DNA of 59,844 nt from Halocafeteria seosinensis. Taxonomy: Eukaryota. The notes beneath the pieces are model-generated. The model saw only the letters and a list, made by a program, of their open reading frames with translations. It made no database searches and had not been told where the DNA came from. The DNA lies in assembly GCA_001687465.1 (NCBI GenBank), contig LVLI01000324.1, forward strand, positions 1-59,844. Direction: 5' to 3'. Each line of letters opens with the position of its first letter. Within the stretch, counting starts at the first letter, position 1. Below, piece by piece: positions 11,901 to 24,252 of this stretch. A program made the translations under genes and the position numbers.

Positions 11901-14900
11901 ATTGACACTTCCGCAATCGGTATAGGGGATTTATCACGGGCTGTATCTGCAAGCAAGCAGCTGAGCCAACAAACTTCAGAGACAAGGATGCTATCGTATA
12001 CATGTGAGTGCATCCTGCATCTTCGGAAGGCTATCCGTGATTCAAAGTATGATGAGTTAGAGGAAGTTTTGAGTCGTTACAACGTTGAAGACATGCATAG
12101 AATTGGAACCAAGGAGCTTGAGCTCTGTCAGCAGGAATTGGAATACTATAACGTAGTGACGGGACTGATTTATCCAGTTGTTGATGCCGGAGCGCGGTAT
12201 TACGGCGGTTGGACACACTTGGAAGACCTCCAACTTCCTCAGCTCCGCCAAGCAATATCGAAGGCCCAGATCGCACATTTCTCTACAGAAGAGCTTCAGT
12301 TGTCGCTTCAAATCGCCAGACATTGTGAACAGATGAGGTCCCATGCAGCGCGTGGCGAGTGGTCGGCGTTGCAATCGTTGTTACGGAATGAGTTGGATCT
12401 TGATAAACCGTCTGAGCACACCCGGAGTAGAGTTCGCCGAGCTCGTGCAAAGCTACTTGAAGAAAGGGACACCCTTCTATGTGAGTCGGAAAATCGAACC
12501 CTCCTTGAAGAATTCAACAAGGCGTTTCACTATCGTGCTGCCACGGGAAAGTTAGGAGAGGTCCCCACGGAAACCGTTGATGAGGGCCCAGTAGAAGAGG
12601 TTATCTCTCAGGCTGAACAAACAGCACGGTTACTTCCTTACACACGACGAGCCCTCGACATGGCGTACATACTAAGAGATCTCAGGAAAAACATCCGAAA
12701 GGGCCACTATGAAAATGCTGATCAGTATTCCCGGCAGCCTTTCATCCGCGAAATGTTGAATGAAATGTCCCACGATACTATGTCGGGAGCTGAAACTGCA
12801 GGAATTGATTTACCTACGAAGGAAATACAACTGCTAGTGAATGAAGCAATCAACCATAAGACATTATCAAAATTTGCGAATGGGTTTCTTTCAGGATGCC
12901 TCGAGTACAATCCAAATACTCGGGAGGTATATTCCAATCGTGTGTCATATGAGCACTTGGAAAACGCTTTGAAGATTGGAAGTAGAGTCTCCCCCTCTTC
13001 TGAGGCGCTGGACCGAGCACTGGAGGCTATTGATGCGCTCATCGACTTGCGGAAGGCAGTTAAGGACCAATCTGTACCAGAGCTTGACCGTGAGCTTCCG
13101 AACATTCTAGGCGGAGAAATCGGAAAAGAGGTTATCAAGTGTCTTGGAGTTAGGGAAACGAGTCTTTCAGAACTCTTTTCTACCTCGTTCCGCATTGACA
13201 GTGGAATAATCGCTATCCAACCCGATGATTGCCGTCATATGGAGACAGAGACGTTGGACCAGACTACTGCTTTACTGACTGAAAAGCGATTGCCCTATTG
13301 TTTTGTCAGAGAGTTTCAGTTGGCATTATTGTACTACATTAATAAGCGCACTCAACGAATGATTCGCTTAAGTATGGAAGAGGAAAAAGAGAATGCACAA
13401 TTTTTTGACTGGCTGCAGCGTGCTCCTTTCCCCACGGAGAGCATACAAAAGACGCTTCGGTATAGCCCTCCTACTGAGTTACTTGACAACTGCAGTAGGT
13501 CTTGGATTGAAGCTGGGGAAATATTGCAAAAGCTTCGGAGTTTAGGATACTGGGGAAATGATGTAAGCAAGGAGAGTCAGGAGGTTCAAGCTATGAACGT
13601 TTCTACAGCGTTAGTTGAATATCTACCAGGCAGTATCCAACAACAAATCGGCCGTGCTAAAGTGGCAGTTCTTAACTTCTCGTTTACCTCTGTCATAGTC
13701 AGAAATCTTCTGTTCCCGTCCCTTGGCGCAGTAGAAGGCGGCGTCCCTTCATTTATGACCGATGTGCAGTTGTTTGATGACATCTTAGCTTGCAGCGATC
13801 GCGTTGATAATCTCTCGTCTGCTGTCGGCCAGCTGTTGCAATCTGTACGGTACGCTCGCCAAGTCCGTGCATCGATCGTACATGAAGAATGGTCAGAGCT
13901 CTTGGAGCTATCTCAAAGCCTATCCCGAGCTAAGAGTCGGAATACTGACAGTGATATCCCCCAAGTGGTAGTGAAGAGTCTCACCCTCATGTTTGCGGAA
14001 CCTTCCTTGGCTCTGGATCTTCCGGCTGAGAAACTTTCTCTGAAATATTGCTGGGAGTGCCACCCCCTGCTACGGGAATCGAACATCAGCATTGATTTTG
14101 TTCAGGAGTTTAGTAATGCTAGTCTCGCAGCTGTAGAGGTCGCTGTAGCCACCGGACTAGCCAGTCGGAAGTGGAGTGAACGCCAGATACTGCTATACCT
14201 CAAGCAAGACCGCGTCTGTGGTTTACCGGGAGCACTGCAAATTGAACAAGCAAGTGCTTCGAACCTTCGCGATGTCATCCAAAGAACACTACAACTCCCG
14301 TGGGTAGAGAAGGAGGAAAACAGAATCCTATTGACAGCGATGTATGTATGCAATTTGAGAGAAAAGATTTTTCAAGGAGACTGGTCGATTGCTTCTAGTC
14401 TCTCGGTGAGTCTTAAGTTCCATGTGCTCGAAGAGCAATTCAATTCGACTTCTGGTGAAGCTTCTGATGCGGAGTATGAAGCACCAGAAATACCATTTGA
14501 TGGTCTTGATGAAACATGTCTGGAAGAGGTGAAGCTGTTAAAAGCCGAATGGGCTCGTCGTACGGTTCATCGAAAAGCTGAAGATCTGCTACAAGAGGTT
14601 TCTATCATCCGAAACCTGCTACAAAAGAGCTCTGCATGGGTCGCGGCTGCATGTGGCGGTCCTCGTTTTGAATCAGGTATTTATGAGCTAGCTGATGTAC
14701 AAGAGACAGAGCTCCCTCTGTCGGCCATAGAGGATTGTTTAAACGTCTGCGACCGACTGGGTCCTTCAGACGACGGCACGTGGAGTTTGATTAAACTTAT
14801 TCGCCGTCTAAAAAGTGCCTCAGGCGGATTGGTTGCGTCAGAGTGGTCGCGAGTCATAGAAGTGTCTCGTCCAGTCGCCGACAATGAGTGCGCGTCAAAA

Positions 14901-17900
14901 ACCGTCGACGCTATTCTTGGCAAGTCTCGAAAACTCGAGCAGCTGACCATTCCTGACAGGATTATTGCTGAGTTGACAGTGGCCTTGAAGTTCGCTTCAG
15001 AAAAATTGGTGCGTCAGCTTCTGGAAAAACCACTTAAGGTGGGGAAAATAGCATTTGATGGGTACGATAGCCCTGCTAGTCCGAATGCTAGCACTGTGGA
15101 TTTAGAAAATGCTCTTGAGCAATGTACTGAGCTTCCAATATGTTCGCGTGAAAACTATCTCTTGATCGAGACAGCTTCCTTCATAGTAAAACTCAGGGAA
15201 GTTTATAATACTGGAAACTGGGAGGACTTGGCGAGTCAGATGACGAAGCAGCCTGAACAGCTACATCAATTAGGTGAACAGGAAACGAAGGTAGCCCTGC
15301 AACTTTGTACTGACAAGAACGTTCAATCTTTGATCCTCAGTAGCCTTGAGAATTCCGCCACCCTCGATCTCCCGGATGACCCCTATGCACCTTTGCATGA
15401 TGTGGGGATAGCGGAGCTTGACAATGTAGTACGATCGGTGGATGTGCAAACCCGGGAGGACTGGAGCCATTTCACCAATAGCCTTTACGACTACCTAAAC
15501 GAAGTTTACCATATGAAGAACTTGTTAAAGGACGAGAACACCGCAGATCTTGAGACTCTAGATCTGTCATTGTCTAGTTTGAAACAGGCACTTGCGGCTG
15601 TAACGGAAAGGATTGCAGATCACAAGAATATTGTAAACGACGCGGAGACCTTAGAATCGATAGTCGAGAACAGAAAAGCTTTGGATTCCCTTTGGCACGC
15701 CTTCGCTGAAGGAAAGTGTGCAGGCAATGTTGGGGAATTAAACCGCTCCGCAGTTCAGACGAGCTCCTTGTCGATGGCCCTTCAAAAGGCTCGTTCTGTT
15801 CAGAGGAGGTCTAAACGGTTGGAAGATGGTGCTATCGTTGCAGAAAAGTTGATCGATGTGCGCAAGGGTATCTTTAGCGGAGACTGGGATAAGGCGGAAA
15901 AGGGGTTGGCAAATTTGGAACAGCTGGAATGGACTCAATGGTGCGCGGAAGAAGTAAGAGTCATTAAAACAGAACTCCATAACAGACGGTGCGCAAAACT
16001 CTTTGAACAGTACCTTAAAGAAGATACCGTTAGTGGCAAACCGGGCAATCTTGATTTAACACGCACAAGTACAGACAACTTGGTTGATGTCGTCACTCGT
16101 TGTCAAAAGCTGGCAGCGAAATCCCCCCATTGCTTAGTCTTACTACGAGTTGCGCAATTGATAATCGACCTGCGAAACTCCGTTCTGAGAAATGAATGGG
16201 ATATGGTTTCAAATAAACTAAGTAGCCATGGCTTCCAGACGGGAGCCAAGTCTGAAGAGTCTAAGCAGGAGGGGAAACAGCACGGAGAACCTTTAAGACT
16301 CACCACAATTCGGCAATATGCTCCAGAATGTGACCTGATTGTCAAGGAGTTGCAGGACCGACAAGCAGCCCATCGCTTGCGTTCAGCGTTGCATGTAGCC
16401 GCCAATTGTGGCTTTCAGCAAACTGAGTCAGGCGTATCTGTTTTGGACCACTCAATTGACACGGCAATATCTATCGGAATCCATTCTTCAGTTACTCAGC
16501 TGCTGCTCGAAATTACTCGGTCTTGTAGTAATTTGTTCAAGTCTTTGAATCGTAAAGATTTTGATGAAGTCAAGAGCAACGCTCGCTCTGTTAAATCGAG
16601 CAGCGAAAATAGGGAAGATTTAGATTTCTTGAGTGACTTTTGTGACAGGGCTATCGACCTTTGTCGGCAACACGAATGCGAAGCTATGCTTCACAATGCC
16701 CTGGTATCAGGCCCCATCTCTGGTGAAGCGGGCAGGTTAAATGTCGATGATGTGGAGATAAACAACTTGCGAGACGCTATTGGGTATGCTGAGGCTCTCT
16801 CTGTAGAGAGAAGGACTTCCTCGTTTGAAACATTGCTTCGATGCGCGAAGCTTACGCTAAGGCTACGAGAAGGTGTTGTGAACCAACAGTGGGGAGAAAT
16901 GGAAGCCTGCATTGAAGAGGCTGCCGCGCTGACTGAGCAGGTCCTTGGCAGTCCTCGGCATACACCTTCTGGAGACGAACATTCCTTCACTGCAGCGGAA
17001 GTATGGCCTACTGTTCTGAAAGAGTTTGAACTTGCAGTGACGGAGTTACATCATCGAGCAATAGTTGATGGACCACTTCCCGCAGCTCTACAGAAGGGGC
17101 GGGTAACAGAAGTGGAAGGTTCCATTGACACATCCGCCGTGGAGTTACGTCCGCTAGAACAAGCTATTTCTCATGCTTCCTCTGTGGGCTGTTTTACTGT
17201 TGAAGCAAGAGTACTCTTCGAGAACGCTGTGTATATTCGAAGGCTACGCGCTGCTGTCCTTGATCAGGAGTGGAGCACTGTCCGTGGCTTGCTGAAGGAG
17301 TGGGAAAGTATGGAAAAGTCCGAGTTGGCATCGGAAGAAGTACGAATGGTCCAAAGGGTTTTGACAATCCATGACTTGGAGAACCGTCTTCTCGATGCCA
17401 TAGAGAGTGGTAATGGCGTGTCATTGAAAGCGGAAGAAGTACCCGCTGTGGAATTAGTCGATGGAACCGTTGCGTCGGAGGTAGCCTCTCTTCCGCTGAA
17501 GCACGACTTGGCCAAGCGTTGGGTGCAAGAAGTGCTTGATAGTGCCATGGAGCATGAAATAGACGAGAGGGGTTTACCGCGAGGGTACAAGTGTGTGATC
17601 GATGCCCACTCTGTGTACACACAGCCCTTAAAGGAAGCTATCGAAGAAACGTCGACGCTTTCACCGCTACCAACGAAATTGAGGAATTTGGTGATGACGG
17701 CGAATATGCTTCTCAGGGTTCGCGAGAGTATCATTAATGATGACATCAATTCCCTCATATCTACGCTGGAAGACGCAAGGAGAGTACCGTTAAGCTCACA
17801 TGCTCAAAAGGAATTAAGTGCGGTGATGACGGACTTTGATGACAAAGCAGTTGTTTCAGAATTAGCACGAGCAATCTCATCTGGTTCTGTAGCTAAACGC

Positions 17901-19994
17901 TCTCATGACGATATACGGGAGGCACTTCTGGCAAATGTCCACAAAGGCTTGTATCCTTGCCTCTACGAATTCGTCGACAACGGTACCAGTGGTACTGCGC
18001 AGCTTGATGCTGCGATCGAATTTGCTTGCCGCGTGGGATGTGCAAGTTTGATGGCATCGAAACTTCTACTTTCCGCAATAGTATCGCGAAGTCTCCGAAG
18101 CGCGCTGGTGGAATGTGCTCAAAATCAAGACTCAAACGCTTCGATGACCAATTTAGAGAAATATGTGAACGCTGCTGTAAACCTCGTGAAGCACGTTAAA
18201 ATCCATCCACGTATATGCGATGAAGTTTATACTGTTTCAAGTGCTTTGACAGCGTACGTCGGTACTCGCAATTTACTTTCCGGGATAAGGGCTGTTTCTA
18301 TTGACAAAGAAGAATCAGCTTCCTCCGCACCGTCGGACTTGGGGGGAGAAAAATTCGAAGCGGCTATGCGGTGTTTGAAACGCGGCGCAAAAGCTATGAA
18401 GAATACAGATATGGGAAATCTTCCAATACTAGCATCACTGGCTGAAGCTGCACAGTTTATCAATTCTGTACGGAAGTCTTGGAGGGATAAAGATTATCAA
18501 ATGGTTTACGAAAAAATCGCCAACTCCCCGTATCCATCCACGACGAAACTATTGCATGCGTCAGGATCGACGAAAGCAACTGAGAGTGACACCGATTTGA
18601 TCATATGGTGCGAATGTTCTGGAGAATTGCAATTCTACGTATCTCGTTCTCTGTATGCCACCAGCCACAATCGCATCATGCTTACTTTACAGAGAGCAAT
18701 CGACAGCCGCGACGTGGATCAGCTTCAAAGCATTCTGGAGCATGCCCGCGACCAGGAACCGAATGCAAAAGTGCAGAGCCTAATGAACGAAGCAGAGGGA
18801 CTCCTCTATCAACTAACGAGATGCAATTCTAGGCTCCATGCTGCTCTCCAAAACTCATCAACAAATGCCCTTGAGTCCGCAGTCAAAGAGGCGCAATCGT
18901 TGAATTTGGACAATGAATACGTCCGAGAAGCAAAAGAGCGTTTGAATTCCATAAAATCGACATTTTCCAAGGCACGGGAAGCTTTGGAGAACTTTGATCG
19001 GCATGGAGCGCAGCAGTTGCTGAAAACGCATGAAGAAACAAATACCGCTCTATCCCAGCAACTCGTAGACCGTCTTCGGAAGCTGGTGAACATGGATACA
19101 CGAGACGTAGCAGAACTGCGACTACAGCGAGCAGCGCAACGCAATGATTGCGCCACTGTTACCTATTGCACCATTCAGATCAAAACGCTGTTCTTCCAAG
19201 AAAGCAAACACTCCTTCGACATGGTGTCCTGTCCCGTCTTAACCACAACTGGTCGCGAGCTATTTGACGCAGAAAACCATGTGGATGTCTTTGAGTACTT
19301 GCCGCTGTTTGCCTCTTATCGTCACGATCATGCTTCTCAAGCGTGTGAACTCCAAGAATTCCTTGTCAATCACTTAAAGACCCATGCGATGCGGGGTAAC
19401 TGGGACTCTCACCACGCTACCAATGCTCAAAAGTTTGTTACCATGTGCTGCCATGGCCCAGACTTAGCCAATGAAGCAATTTCTCAGCTTCTAGCATCCA
19501 TACGGCATTCTCCAAGTATGGCCTCTCGACGAATCATCTGGCAACTGCTATGTGTGACGTTTGCATGGGCAACACCTGTAGACCAACTGGAAAACTATGT
19601 TGAAAAATTCATTCGAAACATAATTGTTCAAGGAGGGCAATCTGCCATCTTTGGGAGCCCCGGTGATAAAACGAGGAACCGACAAAGCACTAACAATGGG
19701 GCTAGTGCAGCAGGGGCTGTCTCCAGCAGTCTATCCGGAAACCCCGACCAAGATTGGCAAGACATCGATAGTGCGTGGGCGTGCCGCGCACTCTACTTAA
19801 TGCATCGCAACGCATATGCAGGCACATTTTCCCATCCTGTCACTTCCGCCAAAATAGTCCAAGCACTGGAGATCGTTGACTCCGATACACTCGTGGATCG
19901 CGTGTCCAAGTATTGCAATCCCCATAGTGAATATTTCGAGCCCTTCCACCACCAACAGGAGGAGCAGGAGGAGGAGCAAGCCTCTCCCTTTTAG
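5909..19994 (+). CDS. Giant unconventional myosin (~4,645 aa): N-terminal SH3-like region, motor, degenerate IQ, long repeat tail, C-terminal MyTH4
   Basis: Exons 5909-6452, 6534-6565, 6633-19994 splice to IYTNIG-TILVSVNPYK-FV. P-loop GESGSGKT, switch I NNNSSRFG, switch II DIFGFE, LCINYCNEKLQ, HYVRCIKPN. MyTH4-like LANEAISQLL...IWQLLCVTF near 19460-19620. Confidence 0.95.
9600..18150 (+). repeat. Array of ~20 degenerate protein-level repeats in the myosin tail
   Basis: Recurrent pattern L..AL..G...G..G.[LI]D...[VI]....L..AI ... A..L..LR.A....[DE]W, e.g. GSVAGRPGNIDTSAIGIGDLSRAV, DTVSGKPGNLDLTRTSTDNLVDVV, GPISGEAGRLNVDDVEINNLRDAI. Confidence 0.85.
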
Positions 19995-20330
19995 TGTTGC
20001 GGTACTAGTTTTCCCTTATGCTGCTTGAGGAGGGTCCGAAGGCGTTGGAGGAGGACAGGATTGTGGCTCCGTATCCTCATGAAATCGCTGTCCGTCTCCA
20101 TCGTGAATGGTGGAGACCAGTAGGCCATGCCATGGAAGAGTATGATGCGCAATGACTGCTCTTCGTCTCGCTCCAGCTCGGCTGGGATGCCTTCCTGTAC
20201 AGGGTATTTATTCGAATACACACGATAATCGGTCGTATCATTATCATGCATGAACGAGCTCACTTACATGCTGAAGCTGAGCCACCAGGGTCGACGCATT
20301 TTGCTCCATTCTGTCATACACACGGCGCAT
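19991..20330 (-). CDS. Small two-exon hypothetical protein (~81-88 aa)
   Basis: ATG at 20330 or 20309; phase-0 intron 20267-20195 (gtaagt...cag) joins ...LVAQLQH to EGIPAELERDEE...LVPQH*. Stop overlaps the myosin stop. Confidence 0.6.
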
Positions 20331-20418
20331 TTAATGATTATTGTCAAATTGCTATAATTAAGGAGGGGGCGAAATAGACAATCCATCGTATTCTGTGTAT
20401 TCAAGAAGGTCGAGAAAA

Positions 20419-22265
20419 ATGATGTCTTTTAGCCAGTCTTCGGCGCATTCGCTGTCGGAAGGCTGTCCTCTCTACGGCAGCCGTTCCAAGCTCTATAATG
20501 ACCCCATACACGGATTCATCTCCCTGAACGACGACGTGCTGAGTTTCATGGACACACCGCAGTATCAGAGGCTTCGAGATTTGAAGCAATTAGGCACGAC
20601 ATGCTTCGTATTCCCCGGCGCCACCCATGACCGACTGCAGCATTCCGTCGGGGTGCACCATGTTTCCGGCTGTATGATTGATGAAATCGTGAACAGGCAG
20701 CCTGAATTAGACGTCTCTGAGGATGAGAAACGGGCAGTGGTACGTGAGAGAGAAAATTGGCACATGCAAGTGTGACTTTTGCCTCCTTTATCGTTTCTGT
20801 TTGAAACTTCTTGCTGCAGAAGATAGCCGGGTTATGCCATGATTTAGGTAAGTTTTCTGTCTCATTGCGCGGTTCTGCTGCACTATATTCACTGAAATGT
20901 GTCGTGGACTGGGAACTGCAGGACATGGACCGTATTCTCATTTATTTGATGGAGCCTTCATTCCAGCCAGACGGCCGGACGCACATTGGTCTCATGAAGA
21001 CATGAGCTTGAAAATGTTGGACTGGCTGATTGATGACAATCAAATAGAAGTACTCGATGATGGAGGGAAAAAGATGGTAGAAACGATGATTATGGGAGCC
21101 AAAAATGCAAATATTCCGTCATGGTATGTGCCGCTAGGATGGTTCACCGTTTCCTACGGGTTGAAACGCGTTCACCAACTTCCGCAGGGCAAAGCTCGAT
21201 CAGAAGCAATTTCTGTTTGACATTGTAGCCAATGGCAAAAACTCCATTGATACGGACAAGTTTGACTATCTCGCACGAGATGTGTACAATGTTGGATTGC
21301 GGTCAACGTTTGACTTCCGACGGCTCATGCTCCAAAATCGAGTTATTGGAGGAGAAATCTGCTTCCATGCCAAGGAAGTCTACAATGTCCTAGAGCTGTT
21401 TCACACCCGATATACGCTCTTCAAACAATGCTATATACATCGTGCGGCGAAAGCAATCGAATTCATGGTAACCGATGCTCTCATTGAGGCAGACGTTGCT
21501 TGGGACGGAAAGATTTCGAAGGCTATTGATGATCCCGCAGAATATTGTAAGCTCACAGACCATATATTAAAACAAATTGAAACGTCGGACGATCAAAACC
21601 TCGAGAAAGCTCAAGGAATCATAAAGCAATTTCGCAAAAGAAACCTATACAAATTTGTGGACGAATACCTAATGGACTGGGAAACAGCACAAACGCTCAA
21701 AGAAGTGACTTCAGAGGATATTTCTGGACATAACTGTACAGATTCCATAAACCTGCACCCAGATGATATTATTGTGCATGATCATAAACTTAACTATGGT
21801 AACAAAGACCAAAGTCCNCTTGAGAACACTCTGTTCTTCAATGACTATCAAAACCCAGAGTCGTTCCATGTTTCGTCGAATAAGGTTTCCTACATTTTAC
21901 CGGTAAATTTCCAGGAGCGAATCCTTCGAGTATATTCTCGCAAGAGAGATAGCGAAACCGTGGCTGCTATACAAAAAGCGTTCCGAAGGTTCTTGAAGAA
22001 ATTCCGACCACATACTTCGAGCTCACCGGCACCATGTGCCAAGTCTCCGGAACCAGGCCGCTACTATGCACAAGGAAGAGGCTTCAACAAAAACTCGAGA
22101 AAACAACTGCAATTTAGTCAAGATAATGGTGTAGATGTGAGAAACTCTCCTAGAAAGAGGCTTCGGCAAGGTCAGCTCTCCTTTGGGAATGACTCTGCAG
22201 GAGCCCACGTGGACGACAGCGAGAGGCACGAAGACGCACTGCAGATGCCTCCTGATTCGGAGTAG
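20419..22265 (+). CDS. SAMHD1: SAMHD1-like HD-domain dNTP triphosphohydrolase (no SAM domain)
   Basis: NDPIHG, RLRDLKQLG, FPGATHDRLQHSVGV, AGLCHDLG-HGPYSH (spliced via 28-nt exon 20820-20847), WSHE, DKFDYLARD. Confidence 0.92.
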
Positions 22266-22411
22266 ACTTTTTGTGACGTCGTAGTCAATACAGATACAGG
22301 ACTAGTATTGAGTGTGTTCATTACTTGGGTTTCACATAAAATATTCGTCATGTGTTCCACTTTACCTTATCTTCTTTTGCTTTGTTCCTTTGAAGTCGAG
22401 TTGAAACTTAA

Positions 22412-23649
22412 CTACCAACCAAACAGGCTGGTTACAGCACCGTAAAGCATGTCACGCTTACGGACTCTGTTATTCCCTTTATTCGCCTCCCGCCTTTTAC
22501 GGGCAATTCTCTGCTCGATGGTCTCGCATGTCCTCTCAGTGACAGTTCCCTCACCTGTTCGTTCAGGCACACAACAATAGCTATCACATGAATCGTTTCT
22601 GTTCAGACCTTACGAACATGCATACCTAAGAAATCGTCCTCTTCTTCATCATCTAAATAGGATGCACTGAGATCCCCTAGAGGTTGTCTATCTACCTGTT
22701 TGTTTCCTCCATAACGTTTCTTCACGTCTTCTATCGATTCCACCAGCTTGTGTCGAATTTCGTCAGATCGATTTGTATATATTATAACCCTCTCATTTTT
22801 CTGCGATGCCCAAACCAAAATTGTGCCGCGTTCAAAATGTGGTCAGGTGCCATTGTTGCTTACCGGATCTACTGTCACAGAAAGCACGCCGTATACCATG
22901 AGCAGCGCTTGCGTATATGCTTTATCAGCCTCGCGGTCTCCGAGCAGTCCTTTCATGGATATTGTAACCGCTTTAGGCTTCTTACGTGAAGCATTTGACT
23001 TTGAATTATCATCGCGACCTGTATTTTCTTTGCCTTTGTGTGTGGCCGCCTGGCCTCCAGAATTTAAATTGGACAAAACTTTGTTAGCCAGCGTTCTGAT
23101 GTCAGCGCTGTAAGAGTTGGTCAGCTTCTCCTGTACGAGGCAAAAATTTGCATGAGTAAAGGGAGGTTTGTCTGTTTTCATAATCACTTGCATGAAATTG
23201 AGACCTTTGCCTATAACTTACAATTTCAGAAATGCTGTTGGAGTGTGACTTGATGGCGTCAATTCCAGCTCGGGATCGAGACAAGTTGGCCAGGTTCTCT
23301 AGAGCCAACTCTCTCAACTCATCTGTTGTGTCTGATTCGACGATAGACGAGATGCATGGTTTCAGTAGTCCTGTGGTAAAACGAAAATTGAAGTTAAAAC
23401 CTCTCGTCCAACACTTGGAGGATAACTGAAGCTACCGACGCGCGCCAAATCGCTGCGGACAGCCAACTGCCACAGCCTCTATTTCAGTCAAAACTCTACA
23501 GAGGACTCCTCTCGTTTGGTGGAATTAGTAATGGGGTGAATTCAGACACCTCTATGAGAAAACGTACCTGCATTCAATACGGCATCGACATTGTCTGCAT
23601 CGGCCGTTAGCCCACGAAGTTTGGACAGGCAGTCCCGGGTTTTCTCCAT
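22412..23649 (-). CDS. ARMC1: Armadillo repeat-containing protein 1 homolog (ARM + HMA-like domain), multi-exon
   Basis: LSKLRGLTADADN resembles ARMC1 QLRDLAADPLN; KAVTISMKGL...ALLMVYGVLSVTVD resembles KTVVLHIDGL...ALLKIKGVISFTF; acidic YLDDEEEDD; last exon ends SLFGW* (ARMC1 ends SFYW). Confidence 0.72.
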
Positions 23650-23852
23650 TTTCTCCTTTGGCAGGTGATACCAATAGAAGACCCTCTATGTAGAAAATGT
23701 TGAATTAATTGAACTGTGACATGGAAGGTTGAAAATACAGTACAGATCTATCAGTATGGACTACTGTGATTTGGCTGTCAACTTCACACAAATGTCGCGC
23801 GCGCCAAATAACTCCTCGCGAGTCGTGGCGTCGACGTCTGGAAAGCTTCAAA

Positions 23853-24224
23853 ATGCCGCAACTCGGGCCGCAAGGTACACCACCGCACATGACCTGAGAT
23901 CATTCGATGATGTCCCACTGTCACATAGGAGTAGCAAATGAACTCTACAATTGTAGATCTGATAAGAATGATTCTCTGTTTGGCACTTCGTCCTGGCACA
24001 ATGGCATTTTGGCGATTCTGGAGGGGTCAGGCCAGCACATGCCCGGTCATAGTGTGTCATTCGGTGCTCAATTGCATGATTTGGCGCTGCTTCATGACAC
24101 AATGCCAGATCTGATTTCTGTTGGCGACCGAGCGAGAGGATCATCCTCAGCCACAAACATCGGGTTCCAAACTCTTGGACTCCGGAACATAGAGGAATTA
24201 ATCCTTATCACTGCAGAATACTGA
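23853..24224 (+). CDS. Possible small two-exon hypothetical protein
   Basis: MPQLGPQ + gtacac...catag intron joins in frame to GVANELYNCRSDK...ITAEY*. No recognisable motif. Confidence 0.3.
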
Positions 24225-24252
24225 TTCCTTCTAAAAGGGCGTAGTTTTGTCT

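Noticed and set aside
6859..19979. Numerous 60-190-aa ORFs antisense or out of frame within the myosin
   Set aside because: Expected shadows of a 13-kb exon; no motifs.
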